The notes under the pieces: generated by a model
What the model was told of the DNA's origin: nothing
What the model saw: only the letters and a program-made list of their open reading frames with translations
Databases searched by the model: none
Position numbers and translations under genes: made by a program
Shown here: in pieces, positions 31,266 through 32,330 of the stretch
How positions within the stretch are numbered: position 1 is the first letter of the stretch
Layout of the letters: every line of letters begins with the position of its first letter
Source of the DNA: Prasinococcaceae sp. CCMP 1430
Lineage: Eukaryota; Plantae; Prasinodermophyta
Assembly (NCBI GenBank): GCA_013416795.1
Contig: RQSC01001240.1
Span: 72,406 to 104,735, forward strand
Direction: 5' to 3'
DNA length: 32,330 nt

Positions 31266-32330
31266 TCACTTGGACTTTACGGGGTAGCTCTTGCCGACTC
31301 GCGTGTTGAGGTTGAGCGTCTTGGGCAGCCGCTCCTCATCGTAGTAGCGGTCCTCGACGTCGAAGTAGCTCTTGAGCCTGAGCACCTCCCTGAGCTCGTC
31401 GTATCCGGCGAGGAGGTCGTCCTCGTGTCCCGCTAGCGAGCCACCCTCCTGGAGCGCGCCATACGTGCTGCGCAGCGCGCGCGTCGCCGCCAGCACGCCG
31501 CTGAGCGGCCGCAGCACGATCTGGAAGCCCATGTCGTGCAGCTCTTCGAGCGAGTGGTCCGGCGTGAAGCTTCCCTCGATCATGTTGGCCACGCGCGGGC
31601 CGACGGTTTCCTGGCCGATGCGTTTCAGCTCCTCGGTGGTGCGCGGCGCCTCGATGTACGAGCCGTCCGCGCCCGCCGCCACGTAGGCGTTGGCGCGCTC
31701 GATCGCCATGTCGAGGCCGGTCTTGGCGCTGGTCGCGCGCGCGTCCGTGCGCGCGATGAGGAAGAAGTCGGCGCCGCACTCGTCGATGGCGTCGCGCGCG
31801 GCGTGCACCTTCGAGAGCATCTGGTCGACCGCGATGGGCGGCGAGGTGCGCGCGCTGTGGCCGCAGCGCTTGGGCCACTGCTGGTCCTCGATGATGCAGC
31901 CGCTCGCGCCGGCGGCGATGAGGTCGAGCACGGTGCGGCGCACGTTCAGCGCGTTGCCGCCGCCGGTGTCGGCGTCGGCGATGATGGGCATGCCCAGCGA
32001 GGACTCGGCGGCGCCCACCGGGTTGCCCTCGCTCACCTGGTTGGACACCGACGCGACCGCGGCGCGCGTGGCCGCGGCCATCTCGGGCGGCGTGAGGAGG
32101 CCGACGTCGGGCGCCCCGAGCAGCGTCGCGCTCAGCGCGTAGCCGCTGAGGAATCCCGCGTGGAAGCCGGCGTCCTGCGCGAGCTTGGCGCTGAGCGCGT
32201 CGTAGACGCCCGGCACCAGCAGGCAGCCGTGCTCCTCGATGAGGGAGTGCACGCGGCTCGACCCGACGCGCTCCGTCGTCGACATGCACGCCGCGCGGCG
32301 CGCCGTCGCGCGCGCCGCGCCGGGCCGCGC
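31266..32330 (-). CDS. Isocitrate lyase/PEP mutase superfamily lyase (methylisocitrate lyase / dimethylmalate lyase / CPEP-mutase-like); probably 5'-partial
   Basis: Motifs LLVPGVYDALSA, IIADADTGGGN, IEDQQWPKRCGH (KRCGH at 31872-31858), LIARTDAR and ANMIEG. The frame stays open from ATG 32285 to the window edge (ARPGAARATARRAAC-MS), which looks like the end of a transit peptide. Confidence 0.93.
   Translation of the reverse strand, partial: ARPGAARATARRAACMSTTERVGSSRVHSLIEEHGCLLVPGVYDALSAKLAQDAGFHAGFLSGYALSATLLGAPDVGLLTPPEMAAATRAAVASVSNQVSEGNPVGAAESSLGMPIIADADTGGGNALNVRRTVLDLIAAGASGCIIEDQQWPKRCGHSARTSPPIAVDQMLSKVHAARDAIDECGADFFLIARTDARATSAKTGLDMAIERANAYVAAGADGSYIEAPRTTEELKRIGQETVGPRVANMIEGSFTPDHSLEELHDMGFQIVLRPLSGVLAATRALRSTYGALQEGGSLAGHEDDLLAGYDELREVLRLKSYFDVEDRYYDEERLPKTLNLNTRVGKSYPVKSK

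Noticed and set aside
31-32289. The many long overlapping or antisense ORFs in the track (e.g. 31..885 -, 4519..5811 -, 6477..8222 +, 11482..12636 +, 11819..12925 +, 31336..32289 -)
   Set aside because: They are Arg/Ala/Pro-rich shadows of real genes, expected where very high GC makes stop codons rare. None carries a recognisable motif.
1-32330. CRISPR arrays, rRNA, tRNA, transposase or viral genes
   Set aside because: None were recognised in this eukaryotic gene-dense window by eye. Small RNAs cannot be excluded without tRNAscan/Infernal.

Overview
Compact, very GC/CpG-rich eukaryotic nuclear DNA with ten protein-coding genes, short GT-AG introns carrying a CTGAC branch motif, TGTAA polyadenylation-type signals and plastid-transit-like N-termini. 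These features point to a green alga (inference; no finer assignment is made). Genes in order: a 5'-partial WRKY transcription factor; the meiotic ZMM gene ZIP4/SPO22/TEX11 (2 exons); a SMYD-type SET/MYND methyltransferase whose 5' end runs into a 373-N gap; an unknown two-TM protein; a KMO-like FAD monooxygenase (2 exons); an ankyrin-STI1-TM protein; a DUF726/TMCO4 protein; a tRNA-methyltransferase fusion (2 exons); a ~3625-aa VPS13-family lipid-transfer protein (2 exons); and a probably 5'-partial ICL/PEP-mutase-superfamily lyase. The best candidate for something undescribed is the fusion gene at 15878-18577. It joins a CCCH-type zinc-finger-like motif, a TrmB (m7G46)-type domain whose catalytic PDP motif reads PSP, and a Trm1-family domain that by eye resembles TRMT1L more than canonical Trm1. 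A 1.5-kb intergenic region (18578-20077) is unexplained. All homology calls come from motif recognition by eye; no database search was run.
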